IMG/VR virus record: IMGVR_UViG_3300033121_001941
Coordinates: 1 to 64,000 of that record
Length of the DNA stretch: 64,000 bases
Direction: 5' to 3' (one strand)
From: a virus
Lineage: Duplodnaviria > Caudoviricetes
How positions within the stretch are numbered: the first letter of the stretch is position 1; the number at the start of each line of letters is the position of its first letter. The translations under genes were made by a program, and so were the position numbers. The notes beneath the pieces were generated by a model. That model had not been told where the DNA came from. It saw only the letters and a program-made list of their open reading frames with translations, and did no database searches. Below, piece by piece: positions 42,039-53,412 of this stretch.

Positions 42039-43262
42039 ATGTTACCACTTGTTTTGGATTATTTACGAACGCATTCATTTCGTGATTTGAAGAATGATCA
42101 TGGTGTAAATGCAAGAATTTCTTCAAATCGTAAAAAAATCAGTCTTAATTACGATCAAATCGAAGTTAAAAGCGGAGATAAACTTGCTGAACAATGTCGA
42201 GGTTTGATTGTAGCAAATATTACAAATTCTCCTTTTCACAAAGACGATTTGTGGATGGATGTCCCTGGATATGTATTAAAACTTGTTGCGTGGCCTATGT
42301 CGCGTTTCTATAACGCGGGCGATGGGGCGGCGTCTAATATCAATTGGGATGATCCGAATCTTTCGGTATTTGAAAAACTTGATGGAACAATGATTACATT
42401 TTATCATTGTGATAACGAGTGGCACGTTGCTACAAGGTCGATGCCTGATGCAGATCTACCCATTTGTCAAGATCATATCGAAATCGGTAATATGACTTTT
42501 TCTGAATTGTTTTGGATAGCATTACGCAATGCGTTTGTAACAAACAATAGTGATTTAGCAGCATTTACCAATTGGGTTGATTCAACGTTTGACAAACGAT
42601 GCACGTATGTTTTTGAATTGACATCGTCTTTTAATCGCGTTGTCGTTAAATATGATGAAACACGAGTAACATTGCTCGCAATTCGTGATATTACGACTGG
42701 ATTCGAGAAATCAATTTACAACGAAAATTTATGTGTTTCACGTCCAAAGCGTTGGTCATTACGCTCTGTTGATCTCGTTGCTTCGTTTGTGAATTCAATT
42801 GACGCAACAAAACTTGAAGGTGCCGTTGTTTGTGATTCACATTTTAACAGAATCAAAATTAAAAGCATGTCATGGTGTTTTGCATCACGATCAAAAGATA
42901 CGGTTATTGCATCACGACGTAACGCCTTTATCGTAATTGTGAAAGGTCAACTTGATGATGTTTTGTCATTGCTGTCAGATGAATCGTCACGAAAATTGTT
43001 AAAACTTCAAAATGGTTTAATGCATCTTACACACATGATTGACAAAGAATATCAAAAAATGTCTCATGAATGTGATGGTTCACGCAAACATTTTGCAACT
43101 CTTGTTTTTACATCACCTCTTAGAAATTATTCATCATTGTTCTTTTCTTTCTTTGATAAGAAATATTCTACTGCTACGTCATGGTTAATTGATTTAGCAA
43201 CAAAGGGAAAATTGTCAGATAGAACAATTGATATGTTCATTGAACATATTGACTGTTTATGA
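42039..43262 (+). CDS. rnlA: T4 Rnl1-like RNA ligase
   Basis: CRGL, FEKLDGT (KxDG), W..ATRS, FELTS..NRVVV.Y, EG.VV, RIKIK. Confidence 0.9.
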   Translation: MLPLVLDYLRTHSFRDLKNDHGVNARISSNRKKISLNYDQIEVKSGDKLAEQCRGLIVANITNSPFHKDDLWMDVPGYVLKLVAWPMSRFYNAGDGAASNINWDDPNLSVFEKLDGTMITFYHCDNEWHVATRSMPDADLPICQDHIEIGNMTFSELFWIALRNAFVTNNSDLAAFTNWVDSTFDKRCTYVFELTSSFNRVVVKYDETRVTLLAIRDITTGFEKSIYNENLCVSRPKRWSLRSVDLVASFVNSIDATKLEGAVVCDSHFNRIKIKSMSWCFASRSKDTVIASRRNAFIVIVKGQLDDVLSLLSDESSRKLLKLQNGLMHLTHMIDKEYQKMSHECDGSRKHFATLVFTSPLRNYSSLFFSFFDKKYSTATSWLIDLATKGKLSDRTIDMFIEHIDCL

Positions 43263-43284
43263 TTACTTAAGTTAGGAAGTAAAT

Positions 43285-43458
43285 ATGATTACTGTTATCA
43301 ACATTTGGGGCGATGAAGACGAGAGTGATAATAAGATTGAAATAATCGACGATTCTAAAGAAAATTTAGAAAAGAAGAAAATTATTCAACAGGAATATTT
43401 TGAATCACTTTTAAAAAGACAACCTCAATTGCAAATTGTTCCTGTTGAACATCGATAA
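43285..43458 (+). CDS. small acidic protein (not in ORF track)
   Basis: 57 aa; AGGAAG RBS-like upstream. Confidence 0.5.
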   Translation: MITVINIWGDEDESDNKIEIIDDSKENLEKKKIIQQEYFESLLKRQPQLQIVPVEHR

Positions 43459-43474
43459 TCTTGCGAAGATTATA

Positions 43475-44677
43475 CTACCATTGGTGCCCTAGGTTGATCC
43501 AACGTGCAGATGTTGGATCATAAGCAAAAGTGCCACCCGCACCTGGTGTTGATAACGCAACAGCAGTTTCAAATTGATTTGCTGCTGAACTAGCGCTCGT
43601 AGTGTAATCATAAATTTGTACACTTGATACGCTTGGTCGAATAATAACAAATCTAAATGCACCGCTTCCTGAAATTATACCATCAATTGATGGTCCTACG
43701 CCATGTGTAAATCGTAATAATGTAATAAATGCATTTGCCGTTAAAGCAAGATCTGAAGTAAGACCTGCCGTCGCGACATCCTGTACTGCAACCAACGTTG
43801 AACAACCAGTAGGCATTGATGCTGAGACGTCTGCTATCCAAGATGCTACACCTGCAACAGTGGCGAGTATGTAACCGTCAGTGCCAGGCGCTAATTTTGA
43901 TACCGCTACTGCTGCCGCGGTGTCGACGTCAGCGTTGACAATAAGACTTGATGCTGCATTCTGCACACCTGCAACGATATGTGGAATTCCCGTACCAGTA
44001 GGTACAGTCGCCCCGGCTCCCCAAGCCGCCGTCCCGGCCGTAGTTAACAATACTTGTCCGTTAGTTCCAGGTGCAAGTTTTGATACTGCAATTGCAGCTG
44101 ATGTGTCAACATCAGCATTGACAATAAGACTTGATGCTGCATTCTGCACACCTGCAACGATATGTGGAATTCCCGTACCAGTAGGTGGAGTGTAACTGCC
44201 TCCACCTGACGATACAATTAAATTGTACCAAGCATTATTCATCCAGTAAATTACTGCTGAACTATATGCAGTTGACAACGTTTTTGAAGTGCTACCATCG
44301 ATTAAAATTCCCGTCGGTGGAAAAATATCAATGGGAGTAGTTCCTGACGTTCCCGATGAATCTTTTATGATGTGTATCTGACCGTCACGTGGTCGTGGTG
44401 GCAAATATACGTTTATTCTTCCTGAAGCTGGTGCTGATGATACATTAACGTTAACTGCCGTTGTGTCACTTGATACATTGATTGTACCGTTACTCCCGAC
44501 GACGACATATTCTAACGTAGAAATTGAAAATCTACCATTAAGTTGCAATTCAGATGGAACACCCGAGAGCCCAATTTGAACGTCACATGGAATCGCCAGT
44601 CGTTTAACAGTATCACTATTTGTATCTTTTACATATACAAATAACGATTTTTCTGAATCAGATTTTGTGATAGACAT
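43475..44677 (-). CDS. tail fibre-like protein
   Basis: V.LP..P.DGQI..IKD..G....P...IDG...L...Y module; internal 61-aa repeat; Gly/Ala/Thr-rich. Confidence 0.7.
   Translation of the reverse strand: MSITKSDSEKSLFVYVKDTNSDTVKRLAIPCDVQIGLSGVPSELQLNGRFSISTLEYVVVGSNGTINVSSDTTAVNVNVSSAPASGRINVYLPPRPRDGQIHIIKDSSGTSGTTPIDIFPPTGILIDGSTSKTLSTAYSSAVIYWMNNAWYNLIVSSGGGSYTPPTGTGIPHIVAGVQNAASSLIVNADVDTSAAIAVSKLAPGTNGQVLLTTAGTAAWGAGATVPTGTGIPHIVAGVQNAASSLIVNADVDTAAAVAVSKLAPGTDGYILATVAGVASWIADVSASMPTGCSTLVAVQDVATAGLTSDLALTANAFITLLRFTHGVGPSIDGIISGSGAFRFVIIRPSVSSVQIYDYTTSASSAANQFETAVALSTPGAGGTFAYDPTSARWINLGHQW
43935..44186. repeat. 69-bp exact direct repeat (43935-44003 and 44118-44186)
   Basis: Encodes PTGTGIPHIVAGVQNAASSLIVN twice; period 183 bp. 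Confidence 0.9.
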
Positions 44678-44682
44678 AATAT

Positions 44683-47600
44683 TTACAATGTTACTTGTCC
44701 AAATTTATCAACAGACAATGAAATAATTCTTGAATTTTGTGTTAACGGTGTTAATACAGTTCTATTTCTAATTTGGCCATCAAAATATGGAACTGACGAT
44801 GTTGCTTCAAGACTTAAGTTTTGCGATGAAGTATTTGCTGGATTTGTGATATTCCCATCCATGTCAACAAATTTTACTGACACAGCTGCTTCGGTGACAT
44901 TTTCATCTAAATTATCTTCAAATGGAAATTTTTCTGATGAAATATAAAATTTCGTGTATTGTCGTTGTTCTAACATATCGCGAAATTGTCCGTAACGTTT
45001 TTGTCTGAAGTAACTTTTTGTGAATTGTGACAATCCATTAATTACACCATATTTCCAACCTCTGATTATGGGTGAATGTAATGCATTATAACCTAACGAA
45101 AGTTGTGTAAAGTTTCTAAAGTCAGCAAAATGATTTGTTCCGCCTCTTAACCCGGAATTTTGTTCAAAATAAACTGTATTTAAATCACCAAATCCATACA
45201 ATATTTTAACAATGTCACTTTTTGAAAGTAAGTTTTTAGTGCTTGTAGCTAACAAATCTAAATCACGTGGTATCCCAGAATACGCAGAATTTGTAGTTAT
45301 AGGTGAATTTGGTGATGGATTAGGCACACACATAGTTATTGCCGAGGCGCCCGCCGCAGTTGGATACCTAGGCATAGGTATAATGGGTGTGAAATTTTTA
45401 AGATACGTAGGCCCTATTTGATAATAAGGTGTACCGCTAATAACATCATATATTCTGGTTGCAATAAACGATTTTTCAAAAAATACCTGCCTAGAAGCAT
45501 TCGAATATCTTGCTTCATATGGATACGAAAATGTCCAATTTAAATCATTCAATAACATCAATCCTATTGTTATTGAATTTGATGTAGCTGGTAAATTAAA
45601 ATAAATAAATCCCGGATTTCCCATAGGAATACTTGATAATGTTTGTACACAAATTCCTACGCCATTTACGTCTAGACATTTATCAATTGCTGGCATTAAC
45701 GTGTCATAATAACGTTCTTTTTGATCATCAAATTGTGACAATCTTAAATTTCCAACTTTTGTTGAATATTTTGTATACGTTTCCGCAAGTGAATCTTGAT
45801 AATCATAGTCTACAGCTCCCGGCGTAGGTGCGAATCTTGCGCTGTTTTTACTAAAAATTCTACCTCGACCCCTTGAAGGTGTTAGCACAACTTTTCCATC
45901 ACTGCTTAAGGTTCTAGTTAGAAGCGAACCTGCAATGTAATCATCATAAGAACCAGATGAATATGTTTCGACATACTCAACTTCAAACTGATCTAAAATT
46001 GGATCATTTCCTATGACAGTTTCAAAAATAGCAGGTGTATTTAAAATTTCACCTGACGTATTATGATATTCTTTTCCTTCGCGTAACATACTACCGTAAA
46101 CTGTCATGTTAATTGAACCAGTTAATAGCACGACGTCATGAACAATTGATCCAGATGTATGAGGTGAAGGCGTTTCTGTTCCGTAAAACGCAGGTCGCGT
46201 TTTTGAAATAGCAAGTACGAGTTCGTCTTCAGGATAAATCAAATAAGGTGAAATTTGATGATCATCTAAACTTACTATTGACAAGGATATAAAATCACTG
46301 CCACTTAATATTGTTTCACCAAATTGTGCTCTGTTAATTGCATCCATTTCGGGAGTTAAATTATTGAAACTAAGCGTCTTTCTATTCAAGAAAAACTGAT
46401 TCTGAACGTTATTGTTTAAATCAATACTTTGTCCCGAAGATATTTCTTTGCCGTATATAGAACGTCCCGAAGGATTAAATCCAGTTTGTCCTCTACCGAA
46501 ATTATTAACCTGCAATTGAAAAATAGTCTGAGAAAAATTTGTTGCACTTTCATTTACAAGTTGAATTTTTTCACTGTTAAACAAATCAAGCACGCCTGAT
46601 CTATTTAAATCTTTATCTGCATTTAACATTAAACGTTGTATTAAAACAGAAACACCGTTTGATGTCATTGCAGTTAATTTTGCTGGTACTGATCCAACAT
46701 ATTCAAAAGTACCTCCTGACGTAGTTATGGGTGTTATAATTGCAGCTGGTTTTCCATTGAATGCTTTAAATCCAACAGGTCTTAATTGACATGTATGATC
46801 ATATGGCGGATGACTTGAAAACACCATATCAGACGTATTATCATCAAAATGCGTTATTGTTCCTGACATGATAAGATCACGCCTTGTAAAATTACCTATT
46901 TTGTGCTGATTAAATAATGCAATGGTAATACCTGGACCACCTAGATCATAAGACGCCCGCAAATTTAAACCGGTTTCGTGTGGTATAATACACGTTGTTT
47001 TATCACGAAACCAACCATCACCCATTGAAAATGGAATTTCAATGATTGCTTTTTCAATTACGAAAGGATGATTAATCGGCATTCGAAATACTTCGTTTGT
47101 AGAAGCTTTGTAGTTTTCATTATTTGATAATGATTTTCTATACTCTTTGCTTAATGCAGTTCTAACTGCATCTTTAGAATAAAGCGAGCCAATACTCGGA
47201 TCAGTATGTGTTGAGGTTAAATTTAAACGTTCAATTGTCCCAGAAACAATTGAATTTCCAATTGCAGTAAATCCTCTATTATCTTCGGTGAGCGCTGCGC
47301 GTGTTGTATCAACACTAGGGTGACTTAAATCACCTTTGCTGTTTGCTGATACACTTGATGCTCCAATTTCAATTGGACTTGTTGAATTTTCAGGTAATAC
47401 CCAACAACCAATCTTTGTATTGTAATAATATATGCTTGATGATACGGCAAACATATTTGTTGAAATATTGATCGGTAAAGACATTTTAATTTGCGTCTTT
47501 GCTCTAAGATGATTAGAAAGTCCTAGACCTAACGCGTTAAAATTTGATGCACTAAAAAATGGCTCAATCGAAGAGTTGGGTGCATTGTCAAAAATTTTAT

Positions 47601-48906
47601 CTTCTGACCAAGGATCAATTGTCGTTTGATAATCATCATTCAAAAATTCATCAGACGCAATTTTTGACGTACTCGAAGTAACATTAAAATCACCAGCAAA
47701 AAGTGTTTGTCTATTAATCGCCGATGGATGATTTCCAGCATAAAACCGTTGTAATGTCGATGGATAATTTACAAGTGTGCCACTTCCGTATGAACTACTT
47801 CCATATCCGGCGTATAATATTGTTTTTCTATCATCAAACAACGTTTGCAATCTTTTACTTTTATTACGTCTGTTCCCAGTATTAAAAGCACCCGGTAATG
47901 AACTTTGATTATCAAATATTCTTTGTTGAATTCGAGGTAATATTTTTCTTTTATTAACGGGTGGTAAAAATATAAATGAAGTACCTTCTTTGTGTAAACC
48001 AGGCCAGTGTGCTTGCGGACGTAGAGACCAATTATATGGTATGTTAAGAGATCCACTCGTAGCAACATCAAAACTAGAATCTAAAAAAACATCATTGTAT
48101 ACTGCACCACCAAGTTCAGATGTTAAACGTTGGAAATCATTACAACCTAGACCCGGGCTAAAATCTCTAAAGCGATTTGTACCAGACATAAAAATGCCAA
48201 TTGTTGCACCTTCAACGTAATAACCGCTATCCTTTACGTCACGCAACGTAAGATTTGATCTAGGCGCATATCGAAATTCAATTCTTCCATTTTCATAAAT
48301 GACTACGTCAAATCTTAAATTTGTATTCATTGCTCCCGTGTTAGTTAAACAAGACCAACGAATAACAAGACGTCTTCCTAATAATTTTGATGTATCATTA
48401 AACATCTTGACACCATATTGTGTTTGATTATACAATATTGGTGGCGTTTCAAGACCTTCTGTAATACGACGAGATTTTTCGGTTCCAAACGCTATTGGAA
48501 TGCTATTTATGTCTCTAGATACTGTTAATAAATCGTCGTGCCAAGGACATATTAATACGTTTTGTGTAGAATTTGAAAGATTAATTGCATAATTTTGATA
48601 AGGGCTATATCCTCCATTAAATAATGCAGAAATAACATTCGCAACTGATGTTTCCGTTGGATCAACAAGCGCCATGCACCCGTTACTATCTGCAATAAAT
48701 CTTTTATAAACTATGCCATCAAATAAAAAATCAAAACCTATGTTCTGAATTTCAGACGTCTGATTATTAACGTTACCATCAATAATTGTTGACATAAAAC
48801 GATCGTTGACGTCAACTAACCCAAATTCAGGTGATGATGTTTTTAATAAGACATAATTTTCGAACCTTCTTGGTGGAGCTTGTCGTGAAGTTTTTGATGT
48901 TGGCAT
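44683..48906 (-). CDS. large virion structural protein (baseplate/tail associated)
   Basis: 1407 aa in baseplate operon; ends RGWKYG..N....Y.R....GQFRDMLEQR. Confidence 0.75.
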   Translation of the reverse strand: MPTSKTSRQAPPRRFENYVLLKTSSPEFGLVDVNDRFMSTIIDGNVNNQTSEIQNIGFDFLFDGIVYKRFIADSNGCMALVDPTETSVANVISALFNGGYSPYQNYAINLSNSTQNVLICPWHDDLLTVSRDINSIPIAFGTEKSRRITEGLETPPILYNQTQYGVKMFNDTSKLLGRRLVIRWSCLTNTGAMNTNLRFDVVIYENGRIEFRYAPRSNLTLRDVKDSGYYVEGATIGIFMSGTNRFRDFSPGLGCNDFQRLTSELGGAVYNDVFLDSSFDVATSGSLNIPYNWSLRPQAHWPGLHKEGTSFIFLPPVNKRKILPRIQQRIFDNQSSLPGAFNTGNRRNKSKRLQTLFDDRKTILYAGYGSSSYGSGTLVNYPSTLQRFYAGNHPSAINRQTLFAGDFNVTSSTSKIASDEFLNDDYQTTIDPWSEDKIFDNAPNSSIEPFFSASNFNALGLGLSNHLRAKTQIKMSLPINISTNMFAVSSSIYYYNTKIGCWVLPENSTSPIEIGASSVSANSKGDLSHPSVDTTRAALTEDNRGFTAIGNSIVSGTIERLNLTSTHTDPSIGSLYSKDAVRTALSKEYRKSLSNNENYKASTNEVFRMPINHPFVIEKAIIEIPFSMGDGWFRDKTTCIIPHETGLNLRASYDLGGPGITIALFNQHKIGNFTRRDLIMSGTITHFDDNTSDMVFSSHPPYDHTCQLRPVGFKAFNGKPAAIITPITTSGGTFEYVGSVPAKLTAMTSNGVSVLIQRLMLNADKDLNRSGVLDLFNSEKIQLVNESATNFSQTIFQLQVNNFGRGQTGFNPSGRSIYGKEISSGQSIDLNNNVQNQFFLNRKTLSFNNLTPEMDAINRAQFGETILSGSDFISLSIVSLDDHQISPYLIYPEDELVLAISKTRPAFYGTETPSPHTSGSIVHDVVLLTGSINMTVYGSMLREGKEYHNTSGEILNTPAIFETVIGNDPILDQFEVEYVETYSSGSYDDYIAGSLLTRTLSSDGKVVLTPSRGRGRIFSKNSARFAPTPGAVDYDYQDSLAETYTKYSTKVGNLRLSQFDDQKERYYDTLMPAIDKCLDVNGVGICVQTLSSIPMGNPGFIYFNLPATSNSITIGLMLLNDLNWTFSYPYEARYSNASRQVFFEKSFIATRIYDVISGTPYYQIGPTYLKNFTPIIPMPRYPTAAGASAITMCVPNPSPNSPITTNSAYSGIPRDLDLLATSTKNLLSKSDIVKILYGFGDLNTVYFEQNSGLRGGTNHFADFRNFTQLSLGYNALHSPIIRGWKYGVINGLSQFTKSYFRQKRYGQFRDMLEQRQYTKFYISSEKFPFEDNLDENVTEAAVSVKFVDMDGNITNPANTSSQNLSLEATSSVPYFDGQIRNRTVLTPLTQNSRIISLSVDKFGQVTL

Positions 48907-49811
48907 TAGTAAGACATTCCTCCAAACGCTAATGAATCTGTTCCGATTATGTTGTTATCATAATCCCAACCACAAGTTGCTGAACGTTCATTATTTGCAA
49001 TTGCAATATAATTATCGGTTGAACCTGTCATATGACTTAAAGTTGCTTGCGTTGTTGAATCAGTATATGAAGAAACTTCGGTATTTCGAACAAATCGATT
49101 ATCAACGTATGGTTTCAATGAAAGTCTTGATGTTATTGAATAAGAATAACCTATGTTTGAAAGAACGTTTCTGTCATATGTCGTAGGATCTGATAAAAAT
49201 GTCTCAGCTGAAGAATGTCTATCAACAAATCCGGGTTGTTGTGTTAAATTACGAATATAGACACTTACAATTTTATCTGTTCTTCCATGAAAATCAGTAT
49301 TCCCGTCAATTACGTGTCCTTTAACTTCATGATCATGTAATGAAACAGCAGTAGAAAGATTTGATACATTCATTCGTATATTCAATGGTTCAATAACACC
49401 ATCAAACATGTAACCTTCAATTGAAGTATCGCTACTTGTAATCATCGGAAACGTAATAACATTTGAAAGAACGGGCGAATTTGTTCGTGTAGATCTTAGA
49501 TAATTTTCTGGATTAAAATAATCTCGTTCTGTAAATTGTGGAACTGTATTAAAACTATTAGTCATCCCAAAATGATTACGTTTTAATTTGTGCCCTTGCT
49601 CGCCGGCATGAATTTTAAACGTTCCTCGATCAAAGTGTTTTTGTTGTGTTAATTCAACACCTTGTCTATAAGGATCTAACAATGTAGTATTAATGCTACT
49701 TGAATTATGAAATTCAGAACCTATGACAATTATTTTAGCAGATTGAACCTTTGGACCTTCGTCAAAAAATTCATTTTCTTCTTTATTGTTGAAAAACTCT
49801 AATGTTGCCAT
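48906..49811 (-). CDS. virion structural protein
   Basis: 301 aa; operon context. Confidence 0.7.
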   Translation of the reverse strand: MATLEFFNNKEENEFFDEGPKVQSAKIIVIGSEFHNSSSINTTLLDPYRQGVELTQQKHFDRGTFKIHAGEQGHKLKRNHFGMTNSFNTVPQFTERDYFNPENYLRSTRTNSPVLSNVITFPMITSSDTSIEGYMFDGVIEPLNIRMNVSNLSTAVSLHDHEVKGHVIDGNTDFHGRTDKIVSVYIRNLTQQPGFVDRHSSAETFLSDPTTYDRNVLSNIGYSYSITSRLSLKPYVDNRFVRNTEVSSYTDSTTQATLSHMTGSTDNYIAIANNERSATCGWDYDNNIIGTDSLAFGGMSY

Positions 49812-49819
49812 AATATTCT

Positions 49820-52800
49820 TTAATATTTAGAAATCGTTCCAACGATTTGTTGTAATAAAAGATTGTCTTTAATACGACTGCGCTGAGAATCACCTGAATA
49901 CATTTCCGTATAATACTGAATTTTATGTCTTTCTAACATATGTGATTCTATTACAAAATTAGTACCTTTAAAATTAGTTTTTCTTGGAATGAGCTGTTGT
50001 ATGAAACTTCCGATTGAAGTATCAAACCATCTGAAAAATTCAAAGAAAGACTTAAAATTTAATTTCTCACCAATACGATTAAAATAAATGTTTCTCATTT
50101 TTTCCAAATCAACATAATCTGGTGACATTAATAATTCTGGTGAACCTAACGCTGAATCGAGTGCATCAAACGTTGAAAACAGAGTTACTATATCTCTGTT
50201 TAATGCATCTATTAATGAAAATTCCACAATGAAACGTGTATCATCGGTTGGTTGTTCACTTTTAACAAGTTCGTACGATGGCGCAACAGATGCCCATGGT
50301 GTATTATCAACAAGATCCTGATTTAGGAAACTTCTTATTCTAACTTTTTCATTTGAAGCAGCTTCATCAAAATAAGGTGAAAGATAACTGTAATCGTATA
50401 ATTCACCTTTTACGTTATCCTTGTCATATGGAAATCCAGTTCCAGTAAGATGCATTCCATTTATACTAAAATCAATAAACGTTAATGCTCCTAATGGTCC
50501 TAAACTTGCAGATGCGTTCGCGCGGCGTGTACTCTGCTTTCCAAGTGTGTCCATACGCAAACGTTCAAACGATCCGCTACGCGTTTTTACGAAATTGTAA
50601 TTTACTAAAGGATCGTCAACACCAGTCGACAAATGATTTCTAATATGCTCGCGCCACTCTAATTCACTCAAGGCTTTTGACCAGAATCTTAGATGCGACT
50701 GACGGCCTGTAAAAGCCGTAACACGTGCTTCAGAATTGGCCTTAGAAGTATTATTAAGATATATATAACCAGTTCCAGTACCCTCGGGGACCGAAATATT
50801 CTCGCCTAATACAAGAAAACTACCAGAACAATTGAAACTTGAACTAACGTCTCTGAGGCAATTTGATTCCGACGTTATCAATTCATAAAAGAAAGACGAT
50901 GTTGAACGTACACATGATATATCACCATTATTTTGATTACCAAGACGCAAGAAGTATGATGATGAAACTCTTGAACTAATTGAGTCATTACGTTCACAAC
51001 CAAATGATACGTGCCATCTATCGCCGTCGAAAATGTCGTTTGTTCTTAAACTCATCGACATAAATAAAGTAGGACTATTTTCATTCGTGCCAGGTCTGAA
51101 ATAAACCATCAACTTAGGATCAACAGATGACGATACCGCTAATAGGTTTGCAACAAGTCCAGAGTAACCTGTCATGCTTCCCGTAACACACATACGTAAT
51201 AAGCTTTGTGTTGAACTTGTCATTGCACGAATATTTAATGGTGTGTATTTAACGAGTGTTTCAATTGTCCAAGATCCAGACGTTAACAAGCCGTCGCTTG
51301 GTTGATCACTGATACCATTTGGTGGGAAAATATTCTGATTCACAAAAGAGCCTCGAATGTAAGGATATCCGGGTTCATATCGTGATGCTGACAAAAAAGG
51401 TGAAATGACCAATGAAGATGTTATAAACTCAGTCATTGTTCCAACGTTACGTTTGTTCTCTCTTGCACTTGACAATTGTCTCGTTGTCGGCCCACCGAAC
51501 TCTCTTAATCTTACACTGTTATCAGGATCAATTCCAACAGCACGCAAAAATGATTTAATACTGTGTTGTGTACCTTTTGATCTGATAACATCGGGTAGGT
51601 TAATTAAGATTCGTCGCAATAATTCATTTTGAACGTATTTTAAAGGTCTTTCATTCGTGCTTATTTCTTGGCCTATGTTTTCTGCATTTATGTATTGTTC
51701 TAACGTTGAATCATTAAACATCGGAGGAAGTATAAACCCAAATTCTTTTACAAGATCAAAAAGAAAATTATTTGGTGTACTGGAATTTGTTTCATAACTT
51801 ACATTACGCACTGTACTAAACGTATCAACATACAATTTCATTTCATCAAAAAAACGAGCCCATATGTACAATAATGATAACATCAATTGTACACCACCAA
51901 GTTTTCCTTGTCCCGGTATTCCAGTCCCTGAATATGAATTATTGTTATCGCCTTCAGGTTCAACATATCCGTCAAATAACGATCCTTCGAGAAGATAATG
52001 TTGAGGAATTAATCTTGTTATAAGATTTGGATTTGCTCTGTCAAATTCTGATGCACTAAATAACAACTTATCATTAAGATCAATTACATCACTATGAGCC
52101 GGAAATAATACCACGACACTTTCTTCTTTTTCATAAATCATTTTACTTGAAGTATCAAGTGAAGCATTTTGTCGTAATGAACTACCTGTCATATTTCCAT
52201 CAACATCTAAATTTGAGTATGATGAAAAATTGCTTATTAAAGAATGTAAAGAATTGCCTGAACTATCTATGACAATCGTATTTGCGATATCATCATTATC
52301 AGTTGTTAAAGGTGGAGGTGGTTCATTAAATCTAAAATACAGTTTTAAGTCAGGCTGAGCATATATTGCTTTCGACATATAACTTTTTTGTTGAGCTGAA
52401 CTTCTTACAGCATGAAAAACCCTGAATTCATCCAACGTGCCAGTAAGAGTTTGTGATGGTGTTATAGTTGTTGAACCTTCATTGAAAACAGTTCCACTTC
52501 CTATAATGAAATCTGATGCATTGATATCAAGTAATCCTAACGCTTGACTTGCATTTGTGGTATTCTGAATTTCACCATCTTTAAAAAATTGTAGATATTG
52601 ATTACCATCATCCTTATTGTAAATTGCGCAAATATGATTAAATTTTCCACGTTCTAAATTACATGGAACTGTCATTGAATGTGCACCAGAAACAACACTA
52701 AAACGAGCTTCCACATTTGTTGTTGATGTTGTGGGCATTAAATACAATGAAAAACCATGATTTAATGTACTGTTAATTTTTTGACAAATTATCTGAGGTC

Positions 52801-53353
52801 CCACGGTTGCAGTAACTGGAAGTTGTAATAACATCTCCAAACTTAGTGATGTATCAATTGGATTCAGAATAGATTCACCAGTTGTATTTTTTGAAAGTTC
52901 TGGATATAGAGCCCCCGCCGCATCTTTTACGATGATATACGTTCCCAACAAGGGTGATGTTTCACCGGGCATTGTTCCGGTGAACATCAATTGACCATGA
53001 AATTTTGGGAAACTATCAAATACCCAGCGATCAAATCCTGTTAATTTTTCAAAAAAATGTTCAACTTCTGCTTGTGTACCATCAAATGGGTAACCATTAA
53101 TAATCTGTTCAAATGAAAGATTGACCTTTGCTTCTGCAGACATAAAGAATGTATGATTTTCAAATGCTGTCCAATCTACGTTCAATTGTTGCGTAGACTT
53201 AAGTGGGGCATTTGCTGCATCATACATAAAAGATGACGTGTTCATAACGTTTGTGTCTTTTATGTCATTAAACGATAATTGAATTGGTTTCCCATTTTCA
53301 ATTGTCGTTCTTAAAAAAGAAGGAGCATACGGTGAAATTTTTCTAATTGACAT
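49820..53353 (-). CDS. baseplate wedge-like protein with LamG/concanavalin domains
   Basis: W.H.C..Y, GTLDEFR.F, L.LYFRFNE, D.SGN.LH; IRSKGT..SIK..L..G wedge motif. Confidence 0.8.
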   Translation of the reverse strand: MSIRKISPYAPSFLRTTIENGKPIQLSFNDIKDTNVMNTSSFMYDAANAPLKSTQQLNVDWTAFENHTFFMSAEAKVNLSFEQIINGYPFDGTQAEVEHFFEKLTGFDRWVFDSFPKFHGQLMFTGTMPGETSPLLGTYIIVKDAAGALYPELSKNTTGESILNPIDTSLSLEMLLQLPVTATVGPQIICQKINSTLNHGFSLYLMPTTSTTNVEARFSVVSGAHSMTVPCNLERGKFNHICAIYNKDDGNQYLQFFKDGEIQNTTNASQALGLLDINASDFIIGSGTVFNEGSTTITPSQTLTGTLDEFRVFHAVRSSAQQKSYMSKAIYAQPDLKLYFRFNEPPPPLTTDNDDIANTIVIDSSGNSLHSLISNFSSYSNLDVDGNMTGSSLRQNASLDTSSKMIYEKEESVVVLFPAHSDVIDLNDKLLFSASEFDRANPNLITRLIPQHYLLEGSLFDGYVEPEGDNNNSYSGTGIPGQGKLGGVQLMLSLLYIWARFFDEMKLYVDTFSTVRNVSYETNSSTPNNFLFDLVKEFGFILPPMFNDSTLEQYINAENIGQEISTNERPLKYVQNELLRRILINLPDVIRSKGTQHSIKSFLRAVGIDPDNSVRLREFGGPTTRQLSSARENKRNVGTMTEFITSSLVISPFLSASRYEPGYPYIRGSFVNQNIFPPNGISDQPSDGLLTSGSWTIETLVKYTPLNIRAMTSSTQSLLRMCVTGSMTGYSGLVANLLAVSSSVDPKLMVYFRPGTNENSPTLFMSMSLRTNDIFDGDRWHVSFGCERNDSISSRVSSSYFLRLGNQNNGDISCVRSTSSFFYELITSESNCLRDVSSSFNCSGSFLVLGENISVPEGTGTGYIYLNNTSKANSEARVTAFTGRQSHLRFWSKALSELEWREHIRNHLSTGVDDPLVNYNFVKTRSGSFERLRMDTLGKQSTRRANASASLGPLGALTFIDFSINGMHLTGTGFPYDKDNVKGELYDYSYLSPYFDEAASNEKVRIRSFLNQDLVDNTPWASVAPSYELVKSEQPTDDTRFIVEFSLIDALNRDIVTLFSTFDALDSALGSPELLMSPDYVDLEKMRNIYFNRIGEKLNFKSFFEFFRWFDTSIGSFIQQLIPRKTNFKGTNFVIESHMLERHKIQYYTEMYSGDSQRSRIKDNLLLQQIVGTISKY

Positions 53354-53412
53354 TCTTATCTACATATCATGTGATGCATCTTTTAAGTTGTTAAAAGAGC
53401 ACTTATGAATAA

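Noticed and set aside
42032-42039. T4-type late promoter TATAAATA before Rnl1
   Set aside because: Single occurrence overlapping the start codon in very AT-rich DNA; not repeated before structural genes.
43881-44195. + strand ORFs within the structural operon (e.g. 43881, 58125, 55186, 45212)
   Set aside because: Antisense shadows of long, motif-bearing - strand genes.
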